Positions 46,991-59,177 of a DNA stretch of 64,000 bases are shown here, piece after piece. The stretch is taken from assembly GCF_036321535.1 (NCBI RefSeq), contig NC_087459.1, positions 6,882,001-6,946,000 on the forward strand, written 5' to 3'. The notes beneath the pieces were generated by a model that saw only the letters and a program-made list of their open reading frames with translations, made no database searches and was not told the DNA's origin. Source of the stretch: Camelus dromedarius (Eukaryota). The stretch's first letter is position 1. Every line of letters starts with the position of its first letter. A program made the translations under genes and the position numbers.

Positions 46991-49262
46991 CCCGGCTCTG
47001 GGTTGCCTGTTCATCACTGACACATTTTAACCTGATCCAATCAAGCCTTTAGCTCTGACATCTAGTGTACAGGAAACACATGGATAAAGTAACTAGCTAA
47101 ATAACACTTCAAGGAAACCACCGAAGCAATCCAAAATGTGGACCATTCTTCAAGTCAGCTGGTCTGGACTGTTCAGAGAGTCATAGGTATGGGGAAAATG
47201 TGGCTCTGGGGTGGAGAGCCTCTGGAATAGGAGAATAAAGAGACAACTGAATGCTATGTGTGAACCTGAGTCAGATCCCAATTTGAACAAATTGACCAAC
47301 TTTGGGGGATGAATAAGGAATTTTGAGGCAAAGGAAAGTTGTTAGTTCACTTAGATTGGCAACAGATTCATGGCCGTTTATGCTCGGAGACCCATGCTGA
47401 GGTACATGTAGAGACAAATTGCATGATGCCACCTCACCCTTCCATGGTGTTCAGACTAAAAATAAAGCACATTTAGATACATCCCTGTACATACTGACAA
47501 AGCAAACATAGCGAGCGTTAACGATTGCAGGATCCAAGTGGCAGGACCACCAGCGATCACAATACTATTCTTGAACTATGAGATCGGACCTCAAGCGTTG
47601 CTCCGCTCACCCTCATTCACTCCGCACCAGTCATTGGCCTCCTGTTCTCACCTGAACGATGGAAGCATGGCCCCTCTCAGGGCCTCTGTCCTTGCTGTCC
47701 CCTCCACTTGCCACTCACACTCCTCCCCAAACATCTCATGGTTTATTCTCCCTGTTCCTTCAAATACTTGCTCAAATTTACCATCCCAGTGATATCTTCC
47801 CCCACTGCCTTATCTAAAAGTGAAACACCTCTCAGCTCCAACCACAATGCTTCCCTGCCTTTTCCTTTCCGATGTCAATGCCCTCTAGCCAGAGATTCCT
47901 GTAGTCAGAGTTGAGTCTGTTAACTCACTGTCGTGGAGAAGACCACCCGCCACGGGGGACCGTGGGTGTCTGAGTTAGAGGGCTGAGCCTGGACTCAAAT
48001 AAGCAGGGCTTCACTCTGGACTGGATGCTGCCAAGAGGAGGGAGTAATCCTATGATTGAGTATATTAACTCTTATCCAGAAGATGAGAGGTGCTACGATT
48101 GGCAGAGAAGCAGCCATTATTCACATCAGCCAGGATTAGGGATGTCTGGTTATGCCTGCAGTAAGAATGATTCCTGTTTCCTCTGTTTGAACAGGGTTCT
48201 CCTTTGTCTGCAGCAGCACAGTCACAGGCGGCAGGGTTTACCTTCATGCTCCACAGGAGACAGGCTCCACAGAAGGAGCCCGGCAGGGGTGGCCCTTCTT
48301 CTCCAAGTGTGTTTGCTGACTGCACTCACTCTGTGCTGCATGGTTTCCTCAGCAGAGAGCAGACGTTCCCACAGGCCCCTGTGGGGTCCCCAGCTGTTAG
48401 AGCTGGCCTGGCCCCAGGCAGGTGGTCACACATCATCCATGAAGTTCGAAAGCCTGCCCGAGGCGACCCCTGCCACTCACCTGCCTTTAGGGTCTGGTCG
48501 GGGCTGCAGAGACTCAGTCCCAGGGGAGACACCCAAGGTGGGCCCCCTTCTCCAGTGGTGACTCTGACCAGAGGGAGTGCTGCCCAAGAGTGTGTGGCGG
48601 GATGTGGGCCCATGTGCCTGGCAGTTTCCCCCAGGGGCAGAAGGGGAGGCAGGAGAAGCCTGGGTCCCCAGAGTTGCTCTCCGAAGGCCCTGGCCCTGCT
48701 GCCAGTGGGCTTGGTGACCATGGCCGGCCTCTCCTCCCTCTAGGCCTCAGATTCCCCATGTCCCAGGTAACCCCAAGAACCTTTCAGGTTCCAAAGAATT
48801 GGCACCTGTTTGTGCTGGTGAATCTGAATGGCCAGGTGCACCATCAGCTCCATGGAGATGGGAGCCAGCCTCCTCGTCCACCATCGGGCAGGTAATGACC
48901 AGCATTCCTGGGCTCCCGGCCCTGAGTTTGGCATCCAGGAGGCAGGGCAGTTAGGACCACTAGCTCAGGGAGAAGGTGGTCATTACACTCCATGGGGCTG
49001 AAGCACAAGGACCACCGATTCACTCAGCAGGTACTCTAGGGGAGCTGGCCCTGGGCTCCTGGCTGTTTGGGATGCTTGCAATAGACCAGTGAACAAAACG
49101 AAAATTCCCTGCTCTCCTGAGCTTGCATTCTAGTGAATAAAAAACACAAACATTTTTCTGTGGAAAAAAGGAAAGTACAGTAGATGGGAGATTAGACAGA
49201 CGGGGGTGAGGGGTGGTGTGATTTTTTTATGGATCAGGAATGGTTTTATATTTCGGATCTTC

Positions 49263-49565
49263 GGATTTTTTAATTGAAGTATAGTTGATTTACAATGTTG
49301 TGTTAGTTTCTGGTGTACAGCATACTGATTCCGTTATACATATACTCGTATATATTCTTTTTCATTGTGAATATAGTTCCATTGAATATAGTTCCCTGTG
49401 CTACACAGTAGGACTTTGTTGTTTATCTATTTCATATACAATAGTGTGTCTGAAAATCCTGAACTCCCAATTTATTCCTCTTGCTCCCCTTCCCTGCTGG
49501 TAACCGTAAGTTTGTTTTCCATGCCTATGAGTCTTTTTCTATCTTGTAAATAAGTTGATTTGTGT
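49263..49565 (-). mobile_element. LINE-1 3' end (L1MA-like)
   Basis: TTTTTAATTGAAGTATAGTTGATTTACAATGTTGTGTTAGTTTCTGGTGTACAGC... Confidence 0.8.
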
Positions 49566-51854
49566 CATTTTAAATGGGGGGGTCAGTGTGGATCTAGTGA
49601 CAGTGATGTTTGAGGGAGTGACAATATTGGGGAGCCCCTTCAGAGGGGAGGTCCCAGGTGGATGGAGGAGGACAGAGGGTGGAGGCAGAGCTGGGGGGGG
49701 CAGGGAGCTTTCCTTCACTGAGGACCAAAAGCCATGGAGGGGAGAGTGGAGGGTCCAGGTGGACTGTGGTCGCTGGCCTGAGCCTTCAGAAGGGAGAATG
49801 GTGCTGCCATCACTGGAGGCAGGGGAGGGGCAAGAGTAGGGAGGTGAGGCTGAAATACTCCCTGGGTAGGAGCCTGGGTCAGGGAGACACTGTCAGAAGT
49901 CTCCAGGGCACTGGCGGAGGTTAGTGCAGCCCGGTGGACTAAGGGCAGACAGAGAGAGAGCATGGGGACTGAGCCAGGACACCCCACATTAAAAGCAGTG
50001 ACCTCAGCTCAGGTTGGTGGGGTCAGGACACAAGCCTCACTCTCCAGGAGAAAAAAGAAAGAGAGGAAGACAGTTGGAGAGGCTGAGAGGCTGCTTGGGT
50101 CGGGCTTGCGGGTGGAGGAGGCTCACCGGAGGCCCCAGCGCACAGAAGGAGGGGGGCTACCTGCCCCCAGCCCCCCAGAACTCAGGAATAGTCCTTATCT
50201 TCTGCCCTCAGGCCCTCCCTGGGCTCATCCAGCCCCTCTTACATCACAGCCCCCTGCCCCTGCCTGAACCTCTGGGGGCTGGGGTCCCTCACCTGTTCTA
50301 ACCCAGGCTGGTTTACTGGTGCTGGATCTCCACATGCTACTCCCCTCCACAGTTCATTCCACCCCTCCACACACCTGAAACCTCCATCCTGGCTGGGGGA
50401 CCCCCTTGGGGAGGAATTTCCAAGGTGGGGGTCAGTCTCCTGTGGTGCCGTCTCGTCCCCAACCTGGAGGCTGAACTGGATGTGGAAACTGTTTCTGCTG
50501 GACCTCAGACATCCTCACAGTGACCACGGCAGCACCCGGGCTTGAAGGGCACCCACAGTGAGACTCAGGAACCTGCTTTGCAGATCACCAAGTCTAGGTT
50601 TCAGATTTACCTTCCCCTGCAGGCGGTGGGCTCAGGTTCTCCATCAAGCAGACATGACAGGCACACACTTGCTGAGTGAGAGACCGATGGCGAAGTGAAG
50701 AAAAATCATTTCATGAAGCTGCATTTTCAAGGTGACTCAGCTAAAGAAAGAGAACCCAGACATGTCAGTGATGACTCGGGCAAAAGTGGTGATTTTTCTC
50801 TCCTCCACAGAGTCTGTGTTCTTCCTCGAAAGGTCTAAAAGGAGTGTATACTGTTTGTGTGAACAGAGAGCCTCTGAGGATGAGATGCTAACTGGTCCCC
50901 ACTGCAGCCAGAGGGGAGAAAACCACAGTGCCCTGAGGACTCTCGGACATAGTTTGGGTTGTTTCATGAACACAGTAATCTACTGGAGTGTCCTTGGAAG
51001 TGGGGAGGCGGTGAGAAGGGAACTTTCATTTTTTAAGCTATGCTTTTGCCAGGATAGCTATTATAATTGATGGGTTTAATTTGTAAATGTTAAATAACGT
51101 TCATTGAAATACATTCACCAAATGTGTTAAATAAAATGTAGAAAGAAAAGCTTGAGTGTATGAAAATAGTGTATGTAAATAGTGTGTGTGTTTGGAGATT
51201 GATGGTGTGTGTATACATAAAACCAATTACACACAACACTGTAAATTGACGATACTTCAATAAAAAAGAATGCAAAAATTTACAGAAGTACATTCTGAGT
51301 TCAGTTATCTGTAAAAGGAACAAATAGATTCTAATCATCATGCAGGAAAATGCTCAACCTCAACAGCAAATAGAAACAGTGCCCCTACACATATTCCCAC
51401 AGACAGAGAGGAGTCCCAGTGCTGCATGTCGGCCAGGCTGTGTGGAACCTGGACCACGCTGTGAACACTGGCTCCGTCCAGGAACAGAGCTGTCGATGGA
51501 GGCCAGCCTCTTTCTCTGAGCACCTCTGGGTGCTTCCTCTGCGCAGCTGGCAGGTGGATGGGGGTATGTGACCAGAGGAGTCACCCCACGGGACCAAGGC
51601 CTGGGCTCTCAGATTGGTCTGCAAACTCTTGGCTCAGAAACAGAGACCAGGGCAGGGTCCAAGGCAACCCACAGCTCAGCTCCCACCTCATGGAACGAAT
51701 GGTTACAGCAGAGTGTGCTCAGCATGGAAGCCCAATGAAAACACAGGCAAAAACCAATCAGAGTTACAGTAACCCCCATCACTGATGGATCATTGTCATT
51801 ACCAGTTTGGTGCTGTTCTATCTATGCCTTCCTTCTATTTAAAAGAACATTATT

Positions 51855-52140
51855 GGAGGGAGGTTATAGCTCAAGTGGTAGAGTGAATGTTTAGCATGCT
51901 TGAAGTTCTGGGTTCAATCCCCAGTACCTTCTCTAAAAATAAATAAATGAATAAATCTAAGTACCTCCCCCCTCAAAAAAAGTAAAATAAAAATTTTAAA
52001 ATAAATAAATAGAAACCTTATCATGGAGGGGGTAATAGCTCAGTAGTAGAGTGCATGCTTAGCATGCATGAGGTCCTGGGTTCAATCCCCAGTACCTCCA
52101 CTAAAAAGTAAAAATAAAATAGGATAAACAAAAATAAAAA
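51855..52140 (+). mobile_element. Two tandem camelid tRNA-derived SINEs
   Basis: Heads at about 51855 and 52025, each with A-box/B-box-like segments and A-rich tails. Confidence 0.88.
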
Positions 52141-52619
52141 ACATTGTCATGTAATGTGTCCTGTTTTCTCCCTTCTTATTAAAAAATCCTGTATTTTGAA
52201 AAAGATGTGAGGAATGTTTATCATAATTAAAACATTTTAATCAGGCTATAATCTGTTGAACTTAAAAATACATAAAAACGGACCCTTTGCAAGAACACAT
52301 ACTAACTAAAAGGAATACATCAAGCACACTAGAATGGTCACCTTGCGGGAGGAGGAGGGAATAAGCCAAGACGGTAAAGGATACAAATACATAAAGCAGA
52401 AGAGGTCTGCAAAGGGTGTGATGAGAATGTGACAGGTAGGACTGAGGTCTCCTGAGACCCCAGGCTTTGCGTGAAGAGGCCAGCCTCCTCCCCTCGGGCA
52501 CCCACCAGGCTACTGGGGGACTTGACTTATGGGTGGTGGAGAACCTCAGATGGAACTTTATCTGGGTAAGGAGAGGGCTACACAGCAGAGGTGCGAGAGG
52601 ATCTGAAGCTATAGTTGGG

Positions 52620-52720
52620 CTCACACCCTGTGACACCTGGCCTCGGTGTCCCTCTATGGGCCTCAGTTTTTTCATCAGGTGGGAATACTGCCCCTTAAGG
52701 TAAGAAACAGAGAGTGCTTC
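52620..52720 (+). mobile_element. MIR core fragment
   Basis: CTGTGACACCTGG...GGGCCTCAGTTTTTTCATC...GGGAATA, a MIR core signature. Confidence 0.5.
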
Positions 52721-52886
52721 TGTGACGGCCTGATGCCTTCCAGGTCATCCTTCTATCGCAAGGCCAGGGAGGCCGGGGGATAATCATTACAGAGTCCAGT
52801 CTCTGGGCTAGCCTGATACATGGACCCTTGACCCAGGCCTGGGCCCCTATCTCCCTGCAACATGGGCTCTGGCTGTGGCTCTGCAG

Positions 52887-53109
52887 GGGAGGCCAGAGTG
52901 ATAGCCCCTCACCCCACCAGGCCCACCAGGCCTGACTGCCCATTGTCACTGCATCTGATAAGAGGCCCCACCACCCAAACCCCCTCCCCTCTCCCAGTGA
53001 TGACCACAGCCTGGCCCCCACCCTGGCTTCAGGTATATAAGGGGACCCTGGGGGCCGAGCACCATGGAGGCCAGTTCTGAGCACACCTAGCTCTGGGTCA
53101 GCCGCCACC
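52887..53109 (+). promoter_or_regulatory. HBZ: Zeta-globin promoter (3' copy)
   Basis: Near-identical to 38434-38656 (offset 14453). TGACCA 53001-53006, TATATAA 53034-53040. Confidence 0.88.
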
Positions 53110-54201
53110 ATGTCTCTGACCAAGGCTGAGAGGACCATCGTTGTGTCCATGTGGGGCAAGATCGCCACACAGGCGGACGTCATTGGCATGGAGGCCTTGG
53201 AAAGGTGAGTGCCAGCTGGGCTGGATGTACCCGGGCAGGTGACTGTGGGCCAGAGAGGAGAGGACAGTAAGGACAGCGGTCAGTGAGGAGGGGACAGGGA
53301 GGTGCAGTCAGTGGTGAGGACAGGGGATGGTGGCCGGTAAGCAGGAAGAGGAGGTGAACTCGGAGGGGAGATGACTGTAGGGCTGTGTCTCTCCAGGTCC
53401 AGCACCCAGGTCTCCACAAACACCTGTTGAATGAATGAATGAGTGAGTGAGTGAGTGAGTGAGTGAGTGAGTGAACGGGTGAAGAAGGAAGGAACGTGGG
53501 AACGATGGGGCGGTGAGGGTGAGTGAGATAGTACCGGGGCCATACTGGAGCCTGGGGCAACAGGAAAAGTCAGCAGTACTCATCCTGCCTTTACCTGAAC
53601 TTTGCATATTTCGGTCTACGTGGGTTTTTGCGTTAATATTGATGTTTTAATACACTGCGTGAAAATACCACGTGTCCAGAACGCTGGGTCGGCGCCTGGA
53701 CCGTCGCGTCCTGGGGCAGTGCCGTCCCGACCTCGCCTCACCCCCGCCGCCCCCCCGCAGGCTCTTCTCCAGCTTCCCGCAGACCAAGACCTACTTCCCG
53801 CACTTCGACCTGCATCCAGGCTCCGCGCAGCTGCGCGCGCACGGCTCCAAGGTGCTGGCCGCCTTGGGCGACGCAGTCAAGAGCATCGACAACGTGGCGG
53901 GCGCTCTGTCCAAGCTCAGCGAGCTGCACGCCTACGTCTTGCGCGTGGACCCGGTCAACTTCAAGGTGGGCGCGGGGCTGGGGTCCTGGCGGGGCCCGAC
54001 CGAGGCGGGGCGGGGTCTGGGCGGAAGGCGCCCGGGGCCCGCGCCCTGAGCCTCCCTCCCTTTCCGCCCCAGCTCCTGTCCCACTGCCTGCTGGTCACCG
54101 TGGCCTCCCACTTCCCCGCTGACTTCACGGCCGACGCCCACGCCGCCTGGGACAAGTTCCTGTCCACCGTGTCCCGCGTTCTGACAGAGAAGTACCGCTG
54201 A
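53110..54201 (+). CDS. HBZ: Hemoglobin subunit zeta, 3' copy (intact ORF)
   Basis: Exons 53110-53204, 53761-53965, 54073-54201. No stop or frameshift. Differs from the 5' copy at three residues in exon 3. AATAAA at 54287-54292. Confidence 0.96.
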
Positions 54202-54929
54202 GGGCTGCGCGCAGCGGCTGGATCCCCAGGACGGGCTTCGACTCCTCCCCTTCCTTTGAACCCTACAATTCCAACCGGGACTCCCCAATAAATGGATGAG
54301 GATAGAGTGAGCTGGGTCCTGCGTTCTCAGTGTTGGGGCAAAGATCAGAGAATGTGAGGGACGGAATGGGGGCTTGGCAGGAACGCGGCCGATCCTAATG
54401 TCACCCCTGGCCTGGAGGCCACTCTAACGGTGCTTTGGGGCTGTCCTTGGTCGTGCGGACCCCAGGGTCGCAGCCGGAGGGAGCAGTTCAGCCCCAGGTC
54501 TGCCCATGCCGTTTTCTCTAGTCAGACCTGCGTTTGGGCCTCTCTCCTGCTTCCCAAATTGCGCAAAGTTTGTTGCTTCGCTCAGCGTGTTGGATATGTG
54601 TCAGGACTCAGGGGACTTTTCCTGAAAGCCTGTTTTTATGGCTTATGCGCGGTAGGGACCACTGATGCTTCCTGGCCCCTCGGGAAAAGGAGGTTCCCTG
54701 CCCCGGAATCTCTCCCAATTCCTCCATCAGCTCCCTCCTAGCGGAGCAGTAACTGCCCTCAGAGGAATAATTGCAAATCTCCCTAAAATCTGCAGCAAAG
54801 TTCCCCACATACGGCGTGATTCAGTGCCAGTGACCCAGGGAACCCAGAAACTGTGGCCTTCGCGGCGGTGGGGACCTGGACTGGCCATGTTTCCCCATGC
54901 AGTCGCAGGGTCTCCATTCCTGCCGCGCT

Positions 54930-55026
54930 CCCGCAGATAAGGGCGGGCGGGGCGCTGGGAGGGAGGAGTTGCTATAAGGAGGCCGGGACGGCGGGCGCGG
55001 CCCCCAGAACACGTCACGCCAGCGCC
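54930..55026 (+). promoter_or_regulatory. HBM: Mu-globin promoter
   Basis: AGATAA 54935-54940, GGGCGG boxes, TATAA 54973-54977. Confidence 0.75.
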
Positions 55027-55714
55027 ATGCTCAGCGCCCAAGAGCGCGCCCATATCGCACAGGTCTGGGACCTGATCGCCGGCCACGAGGCGCCCTTCGG
55101 GGCGGAGCTGCTGCTCAGGTGGGTTGGGGCGGGGTCTCCAAGATCTCAGCGAGGCGGAGACTGGAGTGTTGGGTTTGGTGGCGTGCGGCGCGTTTGACCC
55201 AGGTTTCCCGGGGTCTGGGCCGTGCTGGCGTGCAAGGGCCACCCTCCCCACTCACCTCCTGCTCCTGTAGGCTCTTCGCGGTGTACCCCAACACTAAGAC
55301 CTACTTCAAGCACCTGGGCGACTGCCCCGACGAGGTGCTGCTGCTGAACCACGGACAACGCATGCTCGAGGCGGTGGGCGTGGCCGTGCGACACGTGGAC
55401 AACCTGCGCGCCGCCCTGAGCCCGCTCGCCGACCTGCACGCACACGTGCTGCGCGTGGACCCCACCAACTTCCCGGTGAGCCAGCCCAGGACTTGGCAGG
55501 CTTCGCACAGACAGCCGAGGCGGGGAGGCATTCCGGGAGGAATGGGTGGGGACAGACCCCTTCTCACCCACCTCTTCCCCCGCAGCTGCTGATCCAGTGT
55601 TTCCAGGTGGTGCTGGCTTCCCACCTCCAGGACGAGTTCACTGTGGAGATGCAGGCTGCGTGGGATAAATTCCTGACTGGCATAGCCGTGGTGCTGACGG
55701 AGAAGTACCGCTGA
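55027..55714 (+). CDS. HBM: Hemoglobin subunit mu (alpha-D / HBK)
   Basis: Exons 55027-55118, 55271-55475, 55586-55714 (92/205/129 nt). Protein [46 protein letters not shown]...NHGQRM...[21 protein letters not shown]...VLTEKYR. AATAAA at 55750-55755. Confidence 0.96.
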
Positions 55715-57239
55715 GTTCAGTGCCCCGCGGACCTAGGTCTGAGGACATCAATAAACAGGCCTCAAAACGCTGAACCTTGCAAGTGTGTGGTCTTTGGGGA
55801 GCAGGCAAGCTGACGTCATTGTTGCTGGGCAGAGAAGCTCTGGCTCCCCAAAGGAGCCTCTCAGAGTTGTAGGGCTCGAATTGTAGGGATCAACCCTGAA
55901 CCTTCGCTGACAAGAGAAGTGGGGGGTGCCCAGGAGCAGGGCTCTGGGCATTCTCCAAACCCTGAATGAGGACAGTTCCTGGGCTGACAATCTGGGGTCT
56001 AGATAGGGTGTGGACACCCAAAGGCTTGAACAGAGCAGTTGCTCTCCTGGGGCAGGGGAACGTGCTGGGGTAGAGTGGGTGCTCGATGTGGGCAGGGTCT
56101 TCGGCTGCAACTCGCATCCGGCCCCCCGAGCGGTGCCACACCATTCCCGCAAAGCACCTCTGCGTTCACACGTTTGTGCATCTCCCTCTGTCCCTACCTC
56201 CTGGGAGCTGCAAGTGTCAGTTTTCGACTCTTTAACACAGACGCCCCCATGTGAAGTTCCTGGCCTGAGGTCAAACAGATTTCATGGCCCAGGGCTCCTC
56301 AGACCCTACCTCTCTTCTTTTCCCATTTTCTCCCCTACCTTCAAAGGTCAATCTGCAGTAGCTTTGCTCTGTGCCAAGTTTAGCCCCTTTCTCTGGATCT
56401 CCTGGGGCAGGGAGTCAGGGTAGGAAGGAAGCCCTCTAACACCACAATCAAGCAGACAGATGAGATTTCCAACCTGATTCACATCAACGTGCTGAGTGAT
56501 ACTAGGCATGTCCCTAAGCGATCTAAGCCTAAAGCATCCCACAGGAAGAAAAAAAAAACCAACTTCACTGGGTCTTTGAAATAACTTGAGATCATAATGC
56601 AGGGTTGGTGCTCCACAGGCCCATGGCCACCCAACCCCCACCCCAGCCCTGCTGCTGCATCTCAGTCTCTGTGGTTTGCTGGCTAAGGCACACCTCACCT
56701 CACTCCACCTCGCCCACCCCCATCAATCTCCCCACTCCAGGGCATGGGTACAGAATCTTAGTGCTCAACCCTGAGACTTTGTGGACACAGGGGCAGAACC
56801 CTGGGAGCTCTCCAAACTTTGAATGAGGAGAGTTATCAGGCCTGTGCAGGGCCGAGCAGTCAGCCACCAACTCTGAAGTGTTGTGCTGGAAACAGCCCTG
56901 ACTTTGGCTCCGCAGTACTCCCGCTGGGTCCATGTGGACACCTGTTAACCCGCTCTGCTTCAAAGGGCCTGCCCACCATTGGGGATCGGAGGCTTAAAAG
57001 ACTCCCCTCCACATTATCTCCTGCACCCTCGGAAAAGATTGTGCTCCCTTTCCAGACAAGCAAATAGACACTTCCAGGCTACCCCCACCTGGGGACAAAT
57101 GCAGGTGTCTGGTGGGTTTGGGTGACTCAGAAACCTGTGTGAGCTCCTAAGCCCACAGGAGCGAGAACAGAGGGTACCGTAGAGAGCTGGATCTCAGCCT
57201 AGGCGGGAGGACAGAGATGGTGGGGAAAGGGGGATGAGG

Positions 57240-57435
57240 GCCGCCTCTGGGCGGGATCCCACCCGGGACCCCTCCCTCTTCAGATCACCTTTCATGTCCT
57301 GCACTTCCTGGCTCAGCGCCAGCCAATGAGCATGGCGCTGGTGGGCGTGCCCCCTTGCACCCCTGGCATAAAGGCTCACAGTGCTCCCGGGCCAGCACAC
57401 TTCCGATCCTGACCTAGACTCACAAAAAACCCATC
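57240..57435 (+). promoter_or_regulatory. HBA: Alpha-globin promoter (5' copy)
   Basis: CCAAT 57323-57327, CATAAA 57367-57372. Confidence 0.85.
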
Positions 57436-58099
57436 ATGGTGCTGTCTTCCAAGGATAAGACCAACGTCAAGACCGCCTTTGGTAAGATTGGCGGCCACGC
57501 TGCTGAATATGGCGCAGAGGCCCTGGAGAGGTGAGCACCCACCTGCCCCGCTGGGACTCAAGGCTGGACCACCCGTCGTGTCCTTGTCCCTCCTAAGCCC
57601 GGCTCTCTCACCTCTTCTTCCCACAGAATGTTCCTGGGCTTCCCCACCACCAAGACCTACTTCCCCCACTTTGACCTGAGCCACGGCTCCGCCCAGGTCA
57701 AGGCCCATGGCAAGAAGGTGGGCGATGCGCTGACCAAGGCTGCGGACCACCTGGACGACCTGCCCAGTGCCCTGTCGGCTCTGAGTGATCTGCATGCCCA
57801 CAAGCTGCGTGTGGACCCAGTCAACTTCAAGGTGAGCTTGTGGGTCAGCTGGGAGAGATCTGGGGTGGAAGGCACAGCGTCCCCGCTAGCAGGCTAGTAG
57901 GGCAGAGAATGCAGTGTGGTTGCAGAGGTGGAGCGTGCCCCACGCCCCCTGACACCCCTTCTCTCTGCAGCTCCTGAGCCACTGCCTGCTGGTGACCGTG
58001 GCGGCCCACCACCCTGGCGATTTCACCCCCTCGGTCCATGCCTCCCTGGACAAGTTCCTGGCCAACGTGAGCACCGTGCTGACCTCCAAATACCGTTAA
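57436..58099 (+). CDS. HBA: Hemoglobin subunit alpha, 5' copy
   Basis: Exons 57436-57530, 57627-57831, 57971-58099. Protein [148 protein letters not shown] at 58174-58179. Confidence 0.98.
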
Positions 58100-59155
58100 G
58101 CTGGAGCCTTGGCGGTCCCTCCCCTTGCCCGGGGCCCTCCTGTGTTCTGGGCACCCTCACTTTCTGAACTCTGAATAAAGTCTGAGTGGGCTGCAGCCTC
58201 TGTAGCCTCATTCTCTGTGTCTGTGAACCGGGCTGGGGTTGGGGGTGGTTTTCAACAGCAAAGAACGGGAGGGCAGAAGAGGGAGGGAAGCTAAGGCTGA
58301 TGTTTCCCATAATCTGCTTGCTGAACTCAGCTCCTGTCCTGGGAGATGCAGACTCCCAGGGTTTTCCACAAGGTGGGGAGTCCTCAAATGGCCACCCTTT
58401 TTTGAAACCTCTGACTGATCCCCCTTAAACGTGCAATCTAGATCAAAATAAAAGAAAGCAAAACAAACAAACAGCAAAAATAGGCTGGTCTGGGTGCAGA
58501 TGCAGGTGCAGGTGGACAATCTTTGTGAGATTTCACTGCCTTCCTCCCAGAGGGAAGGTGGGTTGGAACAGGGGTCACAGCCCCAGGCATCCTTCCGGGA
58601 ACTGTCTGCTGTGTGTATGTTGGTGGTGAAGTCAGGGGAGAAGAGCAGCTCTGAGCTGGCTAAAGCCTTTCGCAGAGTTCCTGGCTCCAGTGCAGGAGGC
58701 ACATTAAGAGCTCACTGTGTGCCCAGCCCTGCCTTCCCCAGCTCACCGCCTATCCCACCCCATTCTCTTCCAAGGCTCTCGGGGTGTCCCAGCAGTTCTG
58801 CTTTGGCGCCCAGAGCAACCTTCAGAAAGGCCCCTGTCACACACGCTGCTGCCCTGCACTCCACGCCGGAACCTTGCACACCCCACACATTCTGCAGCCC
58901 TTAGGGACTCCATCAGTGCCTCCAGCCCAGCCCCCATATCCAGGGCAACCCAATGCGGCCACTGCTCACCTCTTTCCTTCTGGACGGGGGCCTCTCTGAG
59001 CAGCCGGGGACTTATTCCCCACTCTCCACCGTGCACTCTTTCTCTGTCCCACAGCCCAATTCACTTTTATTGAAATGTAGAAAAACACTTATGATATAAA
59101 TTAAAATCCACCCATTTTTTCACACATGCACATCTTTTCTGTGTTATTCAAACTA

Positions 59156-59177
59156 GAGAGAGAGAGAGAGAGAGAGA
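59156..59177 (+). repeat. (GA)n microsatellite
   Basis: Read directly. Confidence 0.9.

Noticed and set aside
25636-52140. Six tRNA-Ala(AGC)-like sequences
   Set aside because: They have degenerate stems, A-rich tails and TSDs, and recur as a family, so they are SINEs rather than tRNA genes.
55760-57240. Possible psi-alpha or other globin pseudogene between mu and alpha (also looked for at 58300-61000)
   Set aside because: No globin exon motifs (TKTYF, LRVDP, KYR) were recognisable by eye in either interval. A tblastn search would be needed to exclude a very decayed copy.
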